Source: a virus
Length of the DNA: 64,000 bases
Direction: 5' to 3' (one strand)
Virus record (IMG/VR): IMGVR_UViG_3300027863_001119
Coordinates: 32,001 to 96,000 of that record
Shown here: positions 47,230 to 55,392 of the stretch, piece by piece
Position numbering within the stretch: the stretch's first letter is position 1
How the letters are laid out: every line of letters starts with the position of its first letter
Translations under genes and position numbers: made by a program
Notes under the pieces: model-generated
What the model saw: only the letters and a program-made list of their open reading frames with translations
Told to the model about the DNA's origin: nothing
Databases searched by the model: none

Positions 47230-48156
47230 ATGTCTAACTCAATAGAAGAATTAACAAAAACTTTACCAGATGTTCAAAATTCTCAAGATCCTCGAGGCAT
47301 AGGATTAGAAAGAGTAGGGCTTACTAATATAAAGTTTCCTATTATTATTTTAAGAAAAGATGGGTCTCAAGTTAATGCCTCTGCTAAAGTAAAATTATTT
47401 GCTTCTTTACCCGAAAGTGCTAAAGGACATAATTTGAGTAGATTTATGGAAGTTTTAGTGTTTTTTAAGGATAATCATTCTTCAATTTTAAACTTTCAAA
47501 TTTTAGAAGATATATTAGTAGATATGCAAAGACGGTTAGGAAGTAAAGATGTTTATGCAAGATTTGAATTTGATTATTACATAAATAAAAAAGCTCCTGT
47601 TTCTAAAAAAATTGCTCCGATGTCTTATTTGTGTGCAATGACTGGTATAAAAAAGAATGGAAATACTTATTTTCTTTTAGAAGTTAATGTAGTTGCTGCA
47701 TCTGTTTGTCCTTGTAGTAAAGAAATGAGTTTATTACAAAATGATTATATAATAAATGAAATTTCCGCGGAGTGTAAGTGTTCTAAAGATATAGAATTTT
47801 ATAAAGATATAGGAAGATTTGTAGGTTTAGGAGCTCATAATCAACGTTCATTAATTAAAATAGAGATTCAAGTTGATAAAGATGATAGTTTATATATAGA
47901 AGATTTGATAAAATCTATAGAAGCTCAAGCTTCTGCTCCTACTTTTCCACTTTTAAAAAGAGCTGATGAAAGATGGGTTACTGAGAAAGGTTATAAAAAT
48001 CCTAAATTTTCTGAAGATATTGCAAGGGATTTACAAATTATGTTACAAAACAATCCAAAAGTGTTAGCGTGGTCTTTGAAAGTTGAGAATGAAGAATCAA
48101 TACATCCTTTTAATGTACTTTCTTCTAGTAAATCAGTTAATTGGATATTTTATTAA
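47230..48156 (+). CDS. folE2: GTP cyclohydrolase IB
   Basis: PDVQ, KG.NLSRF, APVS, CPCSKE, GAHNQRS, LLKR.DE, NPKFSED, ESIH. Confidence 0.92.
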   Translation: MSNSIEELTKTLPDVQNSQDPRGIGLERVGLTNIKFPIIILRKDGSQVNASAKVKLFASLPESAKGHNLSRFMEVLVFFKDNHSSILNFQILEDILVDMQRRLGSKDVYARFEFDYYINKKAPVSKKIAPMSYLCAMTGIKKNGNTYFLLEVNVVAASVCPCSKEMSLLQNDYIINEISAECKCSKDIEFYKDIGRFVGLGAHNQRSLIKIEIQVDKDDSLYIEDLIKSIEAQASAPTFPLLKRADERWVTEKGYKNPKFSEDIARDLQIMLQNNPKVLAWSLKVENEESIHPFNVLSSSKSVNWIFY

Positions 48157-48258
48157 CAATTTAAAAAAAAATAAAAAAAAAATAAAAAAAAGATTTGGAT
48201 TATTTCATTTTGTTTATTATATTTTAGTTAACATTTTTTTAAAAGTTAGGAGAAAAAA

Positions 48259-48900
48259 ATGGATATCCAATCATTACAAAAAATTATTGATGATATTACA
48301 TATTCAATATGTTCCCCCATCACTTCTCTGGAAGAAAGATTTAAAATCTTCGAGGAACAAAAAATCCTTCCTTATTACATAAGAGGAAAGAACAAAGGAA
48401 AGATAAGGGAATTTTATAATGTGGACGATAGGGGATTCGAAAAGCTGTGGGGGTTTATTTTCCCTTATATTTTTAAGTCTTGTATTAGAAGTAGAAGTTA
48501 TAATGAAAGTATTGATGTTGAAGACCTTATAAGTGAAGTCAGATTTTCGACTTATAGGTCCTTACAGTATTACGGACCTATGTACAATAATCAAACCTTT
48601 TCAAAGAGGTTGGGATTAATTGTTAATAATATCCTAACTAATGAACATAGGAGGATTAGCAAAAATAACGTTATTGAAATACAATATTACGATAGAGAAG
48701 AATTTGATATTATTTTGGACTCAAATCACGGATGTGAGAAAGAAGGAGACGATGTTGATTTTTGGTGTAGCGTGCCAAATGATATAAGACCGTATGTTGA
48801 AAAGATTGTTTTTGAAGGGGTAGAGTGGGAGGAAGTAAAAAAAGAAATGGATGAGGAAAAAATAGAAATTTTAATTAAATTTGTGAAGTCATTGAAATAA
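48259..48900 (+). CDS. Sigma-70 region-2-like transcription regulator
   Basis: AGGAG SD; D.EDL.SE......L..Y...FS......N.L.NE.RR resembles sigma region 2. Confidence 0.45.
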   Translation: MDIQSLQKIIDDITYSICSPITSLEERFKIFEEQKILPYYIRGKNKGKIREFYNVDDRGFEKLWGFIFPYIFKSCIRSRSYNESIDVEDLISEVRFSTYRSLQYYGPMYNNQTFSKRLGLIVNNILTNEHRRISKNNVIEIQYYDREEFDIILDSNHGCEKEGDDVDFWCSVPNDIRPYVEKIVFEGVEWEEVKKEMDEEKIEILIKFVKSLK

Positions 48901-48910
48901 TTAGTTGATT

Positions 48911-48920
48911 TTGTATTATA
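48911..48920 (+). promoter_or_regulatory. Candidate phage promoter motif TTGTATWATA
   Basis: TTGTATTATA about 37 bp upstream of the ArcS-like gene. Confidence 0.5.
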
Positions 48921-48956
48921 TTTGTATATAAATAATAAGTAATAGGGTAAAAAAAA

Positions 48957-49814
48957 ATGAATCTTTTTAATTCTAGGAATTTTTATAATTCTATTTCCAA
49001 ATCCCGTAATGTTACTACTTCTTTAGTAGGGGATGAAAAAGAAATTATTCCACCAAATGAATGGGATTTGGGTCCGGATTCTCCTTTATTGCATCCAGTA
49101 AAAGAACATTTTTATCATCCACATCCTGAAAGGGCTTTTCAATTTGTTTTAGATAATTTTAAACCTCTTCACGATATAGTTCTTTTTACAAATTGTACTG
49201 CAAAAAAACCTTATTCTACGACTCATACTTATAAAAAGATAATTGGCGCTACTAAACCTTATGATGATATTTATGATTTAGTAACCATTTCTTCTATTGG
49301 AGTTATACCAACCCAATATGAAAAGTATTATCCTTTTGCTCATTATGCGTGGGATGATAATCATAGAACTCCAGAAGAAATAAAAAAAGTTTTTTATCAA
49401 GTAATCGGGGATAGAGTAAAAAAGTTTTTAGAAAAGTTTGATTATAAGTATGTAATCGGAGTATTTAGAGTTACGAGTAAAGGTAAAAAAGCTCTTAAGT
49501 ATGCTTGTGATCAGTTGAATAAGCCTTTAATAGAAATACCAAGTGAGATTACTTTTGAGAAAATTAAGGATAATTTAATGAAAATGAATGTTTTTCAATT
49601 ACTTAATAGTGAAACTTTAGGGGAATTAAATGATGTTTTATCTAAGTTAAGTAAAGGAGTTCATGTAGATGCAAGAAAATCTTGGACACCAGAACAAGTA
49701 AAGGATGCTATAAGAAAAAGACAAAAAGAAATAAAAGAATTGAAGAAACAACTTATGGCAGAGGGAAAAACTAAGGAAGAAATTTATGAAATGTTATATG
49801 GAGGGAATAAATAA
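48957..49814 (+). CDS. Archaeosine synthase (ArcS)-like core domain protein (DUF5591-like)
   Basis: LFTNCTAKKPYS.T.T and ISSIGVIP..YE.YYPFAHY match the ArcS PC..KPYS.S / S..G.VP.E.E..YP..Y motifs. Confidence 0.75.
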   Translation: MNLFNSRNFYNSISKSRNVTTSLVGDEKEIIPPNEWDLGPDSPLLHPVKEHFYHPHPERAFQFVLDNFKPLHDIVLFTNCTAKKPYSTTHTYKKIIGATKPYDDIYDLVTISSIGVIPTQYEKYYPFAHYAWDDNHRTPEEIKKVFYQVIGDRVKKFLEKFDYKYVIGVFRVTSKGKKALKYACDQLNKPLIEIPSEITFEKIKDNLMKMNVFQLLNSETLGELNDVLSKLSKGVHVDARKSWTPEQVKDAIRKRQKEIKELKKQLMAEGKTKEEIYEMLYGGNK

Positions 49815-50941
49815 TGGAAATAACAAGTAGTTATATATATGATTTTGATATTGTTTTTAAGAAATATAAAGAACCTGGAGTATTATTAGATATTAATAAC
49901 AAAGAATACTTTGACGCACATTCTTTTTCATGTTCTACTTCTTTGTGGATCCCTACTTTATCTAAAGTAATAGGAGAACAGTATAATGCACTTCCAACTG
50001 CTTATGAGTTTAATAGTGAATTGAGAAAGATGCTGACCTCAAAGTTAGAGGATCTTGTATCGAATAATTATTTTATATCTTATACCGCGAGTGGTACCGA
50101 TTCTGTTATTAGTGCTATTCATTTTGCAAAGTTATATACTCAAAAAAAATATGTAATAATGTTTGATGGTCAATACCATGGAAAATTTGGTTCTCTTTCA
50201 GGAAGAAGAGAAGTTATTTTGCAACACACTTTTTATGATTCAAGTATAATATTATATGATTCTATTCACAACAAAGATTTTTCTTTTGAAAATTTTGAAC
50301 ATTTTTTAAGTCTTTTTCGAGGGGATGTTGCTGCTATTATTGTAGAACCTTGTGCGATTGCAAATTCAGGAGGAGTTTTCTTAAAGCAAGATGTTTTTAA
50401 GAAGTTGTTTGATGTTGCTAAATCTATGGATATATTATTAATTGTAGATGAAGTACAATCAGGATTTTGGAGAACGGGAAATGTTTTTTCATATCAAGGA
50501 TATTTTGGAATAGATCCTGACGTTATTGTTTTTGGAAAAAGTATAGGAGGAGGTCTTCCTCTTTATGGAGTTTTTTATAAATCTAATTTATTTGATAATT
50601 TCTCTTTGAAAAGAGGATTTTATAGTAGTACTTTTGCATTTAATTTGATTGCAGCGCGTGCTGCTCTTCATATATTAGAAAACATATCATCTTATAAAAG
50701 TATTTATGATTATATAGAATGTAAAGGTAAAATATTTGATGAATTTTTTTCTGATATGAAAGATTATAACAGAAAAGGAATGTTAATTTCTTTTTATTTA
50801 GACAGACTTAGCACTAAAGAGTTTTTAGAAAAAGGTGTATTATTAAGAAAAATTAAAAATAGAATATTATTAACTCCTCCTTTATTTACTTCTTTTGATG
50901 TTATAAAAGAGATGTGTAATAGAATTAAGGAAATAATATGA
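49814..50941 (+). CDS. Class III PLP-dependent aminotransferase
   Basis: SGT, YHG, AAIIVEP, IVDEVQSGFWRTG, PDVIVFGKSIGGGLP, STF, TPPL. Confidence 0.9.
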   Translation: MEITSSYIYDFDIVFKKYKEPGVLLDINNKEYFDAHSFSCSTSLWIPTLSKVIGEQYNALPTAYEFNSELRKMLTSKLEDLVSNNYFISYTASGTDSVISAIHFAKLYTQKKYVIMFDGQYHGKFGSLSGRREVILQHTFYDSSIILYDSIHNKDFSFENFEHFLSLFRGDVAAIIVEPCAIANSGGVFLKQDVFKKLFDVAKSMDILLIVDEVQSGFWRTGNVFSYQGYFGIDPDVIVFGKSIGGGLPLYGVFYKSNLFDNFSLKRGFYSSTFAFNLIAARAALHILENISSYKSIYDYIECKGKIFDEFFSDMKDYNRKGMLISFYLDRLSTKEFLEKGVLLRKIKNRILLTPPLFTSFDVIKEMCNRIKEII

Positions 50942-51507
50942 AAGACTATCATTTTCATTATGATCCACGCTATCATAATCAATATGATTATTATATTAAT
51001 AATGTAATAACAGACGGCATTATGGTGATACATAAAAATCAAATGAGGTTAAATGATTTTGTAAGAGGATTAGAAGAATTTAGAGGTAAGATTAATATAG
51101 GGATAGAGTTAAGCTCAAATTCAAATTATAATAAAATGGAACGGGATATTAAAGAATTAGAAGAGAAAAATTATAAAATAATTTTATCTTTACATACTTA
51201 TAAAGATTCTTTACATTATTTAGAAGTATTAAAGAGTATCTATCCATTACTTACAAGAGTACATCATTTAGGTCATCCTTTTCATAAAGAGACAATACCT
51301 CTTTCTGATTTTGTGATTGAAGACTTTATTTCATTTTGTTTAGCACAAAATGTTTTAGTTGAATTGAATGAAAGATATTTAAGAAAACATTTGGTTAATT
51401 TTTATAAAGAAGTTAAAGAAAGATTAAACTTTTTGTATTCTACAGATGCACATATTCCAAACAAAATAGGTGTGTATAACAAAATGAAGCAATATTTTCT
51501 TTTATAA
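50938..51507 (+). CDS. PHP-family phosphoesterase
   Basis: DYHFH, GIE, SLH, GHP, VELN, STDAH. Confidence 0.8.
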   Translation: MKDYHFHYDPRYHNQYDYYINNVITDGIMVIHKNQMRLNDFVRGLEEFRGKINIGIELSSNSNYNKMERDIKELEEKNYKIILSLHTYKDSLHYLEVLKSIYPLLTRVHHLGHPFHKETIPLSDFVIEDFISFCLAQNVLVELNERYLRKHLVNFYKEVKERLNFLYSTDAHIPNKIGVYNKMKQYFLL

Positions 51508-51546
51508 TTGTATTTTATTTATAGAAAAAATGAAAAGGGGATAAAT

Positions 51547-52128
51547 ATGTTTAATCAAAAATTGTTAGTATTATTTACTGGTACTAATAGTACTGGAAAA
51601 ACAACTCTTTTAAAAAAAGTGAAGAAAGAGTTAGATTCTATGAGAATTTCTACGTTTGTAATTAGTGAGTTTGTAAGAGATCTTATTAGAAAAAAAGTCA
51701 TTGATGATAAAATTGATGTAGAAAGTAATGAGTATAATCAAATTGTAATTACTTCTCAATTAATGAATTTGTTTTGGAAAGGAATTAATAGTGAAAGTTG
51801 TGTTGTATTATCAGAAAGAACTCCTATTTGTACAACAGCTTATACATTATCAATTAAGAGTTCTTCTTTTTTAAAGTCTTTAAATATTGAGTTTATTAAA
51901 AATTTGTTTAATACACCAGGAATAAAAATACTTTTGTTTTATTTCCCTCCGATTATTCCTTATGTACAAGATGATATAAGAAAAGAAAAAGGAAGACTTT
52001 TAGTGGATAAAAAAATAAGAAAGATACTAAAAGATTTTAATATTCCTTTTATAGAAGTAAAAACAACGGATATAAAGGAAAGAGTTAATTTAATAATTAG
52101 TCATATTAAAGAAAATCAAGTTCAATAA
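51547..52128 (+). CDS. P-loop nucleotide kinase (AAA_28/dNMP-kinase-like)
   Basis: FTGTNSTGKTT, SE.VR, SERTPI...AY, DDIR; ATG at 51547 after AAGGGG. Confidence 0.75.
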   Translation: MFNQKLLVLFTGTNSTGKTTLLKKVKKELDSMRISTFVISEFVRDLIRKKVIDDKIDVESNEYNQIVITSQLMNLFWKGINSESCVVLSERTPICTTAYTLSIKSSSFLKSLNIEFIKNLFNTPGIKILLFYFPPIIPYVQDDIRKEKGRLLVDKKIRKILKDFNIPFIEVKTTDIKERVNLIISHIKENQVQ

Positions 52129-52147
52129 TTATTTTTTCTCCTAACTT

Positions 52148-52178
52148 AATAAGAGGAGGACAATGTCTTCCTCTTATT
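52148..52178 (+). terminator. Intergenic stem-loop, probable terminator or RNA stability hairpin
   Basis: AATAAGAGGAGGAC-AAT-GTCTTCCTCTTATT, 14-bp stem with one G-U pair; weak U tract. Confidence 0.55.
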
Positions 52179-52206
52179 GTAATAAATTAATAAAAGGGAG
52201 GTTTTT

Positions 52207-52923
52207 ATGAAAAAAGCGGTTGTAATACTTAGCGGAGGGTTAGATTCTAGTACGTGTCTATTTATTGCAAAAAAAGAAGGACACGAATTATATGCTCTAA
52301 CCTTTTTATATGGGCAAAGACATTCTAAGGAAATTGAATGTGCTAAGAGGGTGGCAGAAATTGCAGGAGTAAAAGAACATCGAATAATAAACTTACCAAC
52401 TCCAAAAGGAAGTGCATTAACTGATAGTATTGAAGTTCCACAAGGAAGATCGCTAGAAGAAATTTGTAAAGAAATTCCAGTTACTTATGTTCCCGCTAGA
52501 AATACATTATTTATTGCTTATGCATTACAATATGCAGAAGAAATAGACGCGGATGCTATATTTACTGGAGTTACTGCAGTAGATGCAAGCGGATATCCAG
52601 ATACTCGACCAGAGTATATACAAGCGTGGCAAAATTTAATAAATAATGCTACTAAAAAAACTACAACTGGAGGAACTATAAAATTAAGAACTCCTTTACT
52701 TCACTTATATAAGTCTGAAATTATTGAGATAGGAAATATTTTGAAAGTGCCTTATGAATATACTTGGAGCTGTTATAAAGGAGAAGAAGAACCATGCTTA
52801 GAATGTGATACTTGTAAGTTGAGAATAAAAGGGTTTATAGAAGCAGGTGTAAGAGATCCATTAGTTAATGAAGATAAATGGAAAGAAGTTTTAGAAAAAT
52901 GGGAGCAAAACAAAAGTATTTAA
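52207..52923 (+). CDS. queC: 7-cyano-7-deazaguanine synthase
   Basis: SGGLDS, YGQRH, SALT, TYVPARN, GYPD.RPE, TWSCY..C..CDTC..R. Confidence 0.95.
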   Translation: MKKAVVILSGGLDSSTCLFIAKKEGHELYALTFLYGQRHSKEIECAKRVAEIAGVKEHRIINLPTPKGSALTDSIEVPQGRSLEEICKEIPVTYVPARNTLFIAYALQYAEEIDADAIFTGVTAVDASGYPDTRPEYIQAWQNLINNATKKTTTGGTIKLRTPLLHLYKSEIIEIGNILKVPYEYTWSCYKGEEEPCLECDTCKLRIKGFIEAGVRDPLVNEDKWKEVLEKWEQNKSI

Positions 52924-52971
52924 AATAGGAATGATTTTTTAATAAAAGAAGTTGTTTAACAAAAAAAAAGT

Positions 52972-53583
52972 GTGAGAGTAATGGTAATAAAAATTAAAAG
53001 TGATTATGTTGACTATTTAAAAACTGCTACGGAAAAAGATTTTGCTATTGTGGATCCTCCTTGGGATTATAAAGATAAAGAAAATCCTGCTATTTCTAAT
53101 AATCTCACTTATTCAAGATGGGATAATGTTCAAGGGTTAAATACCTTATTTAGTCTTTTAAATACAAAATATTTATTTTTGTGGTGTACTAATTCAATGA
53201 TAGAAGAAGTTTTTAAGACAAATTTTAATAACTATGTTTATAAAACTATTATAACTTGGGTAAAAGAAACTCCTCATAAAAAATTACATTATGGATTAGG
53301 CAATACATATAGAAATTGTACTGAACAATTATTAGTTTTTTCTAATAAGAAAGAAAAACCTCTTCGTTCATCTCTTAGAAATTGTTATATAGATATAGGG
53401 TGGTTTAAAGAAGTATCTTTGTCAAGGACACAGAAACCAAAGGATTTTGAAGTATGTTTAATTAAAGATTTAGTTACTAAAGGATTAAAACAAGGTGTTT
53501 ATCTTTTTTCTGGTCCTAATGTAGATGTATTTAACAGTATTGAAAATTTAGAATTGGAGTGTGTAGATATATGTGTGGAATAA
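52972..53583 (+). CDS. MT-A70-family amino-methyltransferase
   Basis: VDPPW.Y, LFLWCT, TWVK, GLG..YR..TE.LLV, QKP; start may be the ATG at 52981. Confidence 0.8.
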   Translation: MRVMVIKIKSDYVDYLKTATEKDFAIVDPPWDYKDKENPAISNNLTYSRWDNVQGLNTLFSLLNTKYLFLWCTNSMIEEVFKTNFNNYVYKTIITWVKETPHKKLHYGLGNTYRNCTEQLLVFSNKKEKPLRSSLRNCYIDIGWFKEVSLSRTQKPKDFEVCLIKDLVTKGLKQGVYLFSGPNVDVFNSIENLELECVDICVE

Positions 53584-54233
53584 CAGGATGTATAGTTAAT
53601 AATAATCCTTCTTTTGCTACAGAAGTTTATTTTAAATTACTTAAAGCTTCAGATATCAGAGGTCAAGATGGAACTGGATTGACCTTGCTTAGAAATAAAA
53701 AGTTTTATACTTATAAGTGGCCTATACGAGCAAGGGATATATCTTTTGATTTGGCTTTAGAGAAAGGAGATAAAATTATTGGTCAAAATCGTTATGCAAT
53801 TTTCGGTCTTGATTTTTCTAATAATCAACCTATAACATTTGATAATCTTTCTTTAGTACATAATGGGGTTTTGTATAATTATGAGAAGCAAAAGAAATTA
53901 TTCGAAGAAAAATATAATATTTATCAAGATACACAGGTTGATACTGAATTGATTGTAAGACTTTTACATTTGTTTTTATCTCAAAAGATAAAACAAAAAG
54001 ACGCTATCAAGGATGTTCTTTCTGTTATTGACGGAGAAGCCGCTTGTATTTGTTTAGATTGCTTTAATTCTTCTTTATATGCATTTATGAAAAACAAGAT
54101 ATTGTATAGAGGGGAAGACGAGTATGGAAATGTTTATTTTTTTTCTACTTTGTATATTAAAAATAAAGTTTCAGAAATTTCTAAAAATATTATAGAATTT
54201 AAAGATTGCGAGGTGTTTGTATGGAACAATTAA
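53571..54233 (+). CDS. Class II glutamine amidotransferase (Ntn), stand-alone Gat
   Basis: MCGITG (Cys2 nucleophile), RGQDGTG, NRYA, NNQP, VHNG...NY, DTE. Confidence 0.88.
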   Translation: MCGITGCIVNNNPSFATEVYFKLLKASDIRGQDGTGLTLLRNKKFYTYKWPIRARDISFDLALEKGDKIIGQNRYAIFGLDFSNNQPITFDNLSLVHNGVLYNYEKQKKLFEEKYNIYQDTQVDTELIVRLLHLFLSQKIKQKDAIKDVLSVIDGEAACICLDCFNSSLYAFMKNKILYRGEDEYGNVYFFSTLYIKNKVSEISKNIIEFKDCEVFVWNN

Positions 54234-54556
54234 TTATTATATTAATTCTCTTTTTATTTATGACTTTCCTATTGAATTCTCAACGTTGGTATAATTCTTA
54301 TCTAAAAGAAAAGGATAAAAAAAGAAAGGATCTTGAAATATATGTTATGAATTTAAAAGAAAGACAAATGTTTGAGATGGAAAAACAAGGATTTGTTACG
54401 TTTGTAAGATTTTTGTTTTTACTTTCTCTTTTCCCTTCTTTTATAAAAAATTTAGTACGATCTTTAATAATAGAAATAAAATTTGTTAAAAATTCTATGG
54501 ATATAGAAAGTAATAAACTATCTAAGTATTTAGAATCTTTAAAGAGAGATAATTAA
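54221..54556 (+). CDS. Hypothetical membrane protein
   Basis: GAGGTG SD; N-terminal hydrophobic helix. Confidence 0.5.
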   Translation: MEQLIIILILFLFMTFLLNSQRWYNSYLKEKDKKRKDLEIYVMNLKERQMFEMEKQGFVTFVRFLFLLSLFPSFIKNLVRSLIIEIKFVKNSMDIESNKLSKYLESLKRDN

Positions 54557-54571
54557 ACTACAGGAGGAAAA

Positions 54572-55387
54572 ATGCAGCATTGTATTATTTGTCCAACTTC
54601 TTATTTAGAAGATTTTGCAACAAAATCTAAGTACCATCTTATTTTACCACATGTGTTACAGTCGGATTCAAAATATTATGAATTTTATAGAAAGCGTATA
54701 CGTGAAAAAGATTTTGTCATTTTAGATAATTCTATTTTTGAATTAGGAACAAGTTTTGATGCAAATGCTTTATTGGATATTGCAGAAGATTTACAAGTTT
54801 CTGTAGTAGTTGCCCCAGAAGCATGGGAAGACGCAGCAGAAACGAAAAAGATGGTGTTAGACTTTATTGAATTACATTCATCTAGAAATTGTAATATTCC
54901 AATATTAGCAATGGCTCAAGGAAAAAATGTAGATGAAATTATAGGGTCTTTTTTCTTTTGGAACAACCATTCTAAAATATCTTATATTGGACTTCCTTTT
55001 TCTCTTGATTTTGAGATTGAAGGAGTATCTGATAATATAAAGAGTCAAACTTTAAAAAGAGTTTTAAACAGGTGGTATTTAGTAGATCGTATAAATAGAT
55101 ATATAAGAGCATCTTCACAAAAGATTGTTAAACCAACACATTTAATGGGACTAAGCGATGCTGTAGAGTTACAAAGATATAAAGGAGATTCTTATTATTG
55201 GATTCATTCTAATGATTCTTCTTCTGCATATATTCATGGTAAGCATTGTATTAAGTATACTGATAGAGGTCTTCCTTGCGAAAAGATTTTAGAAAAAGTA
55301 AACTTTTCTGATTCTACTGTTTTAAACACAGAACAATATAATTGTATAGTTTATAATATTGAAAAAATTTTAAGTTGGGTTAAATAA
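54572..55387 (+). CDS. dpdA: TGT-fold DpdA-like deazaguanine transglycosylase
   Basis: ILDNS.FE, AQG, HLMG and SNDSSS correspond to the TGT/DpdA DSG, QG, H.LG and S.DS motifs; lies in a que gene cluster. Confidence 0.65.
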   Translation: MQHCIICPTSYLEDFATKSKYHLILPHVLQSDSKYYEFYRKRIREKDFVILDNSIFELGTSFDANALLDIAEDLQVSVVVAPEAWEDAAETKKMVLDFIELHSSRNCNIPILAMAQGKNVDEIIGSFFFWNNHSKISYIGLPFSLDFEIEGVSDNIKSQTLKRVLNRWYLVDRINRYIRASSQKIVKPTHLMGLSDAVELQRYKGDSYYWIHSNDSSSAYIHGKHCIKYTDRGLPCEKILEKVNFSDSTVLNTEQYNCIVYNIEKILSWVK

Positions 55388-55392
55388 AAGTT

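Noticed and set aside
52148-52200. preQ1-I riboswitch upstream of queC (AGAGG..CCTCT stem followed by an A-rich tail)
   Set aside because: The would-be loop is itself base-paired (GGAC-AAT-GTCT) and lacks the conserved ligand-binding loop residues; better explained as a plain hairpin. An Rfam covariance search would settle it
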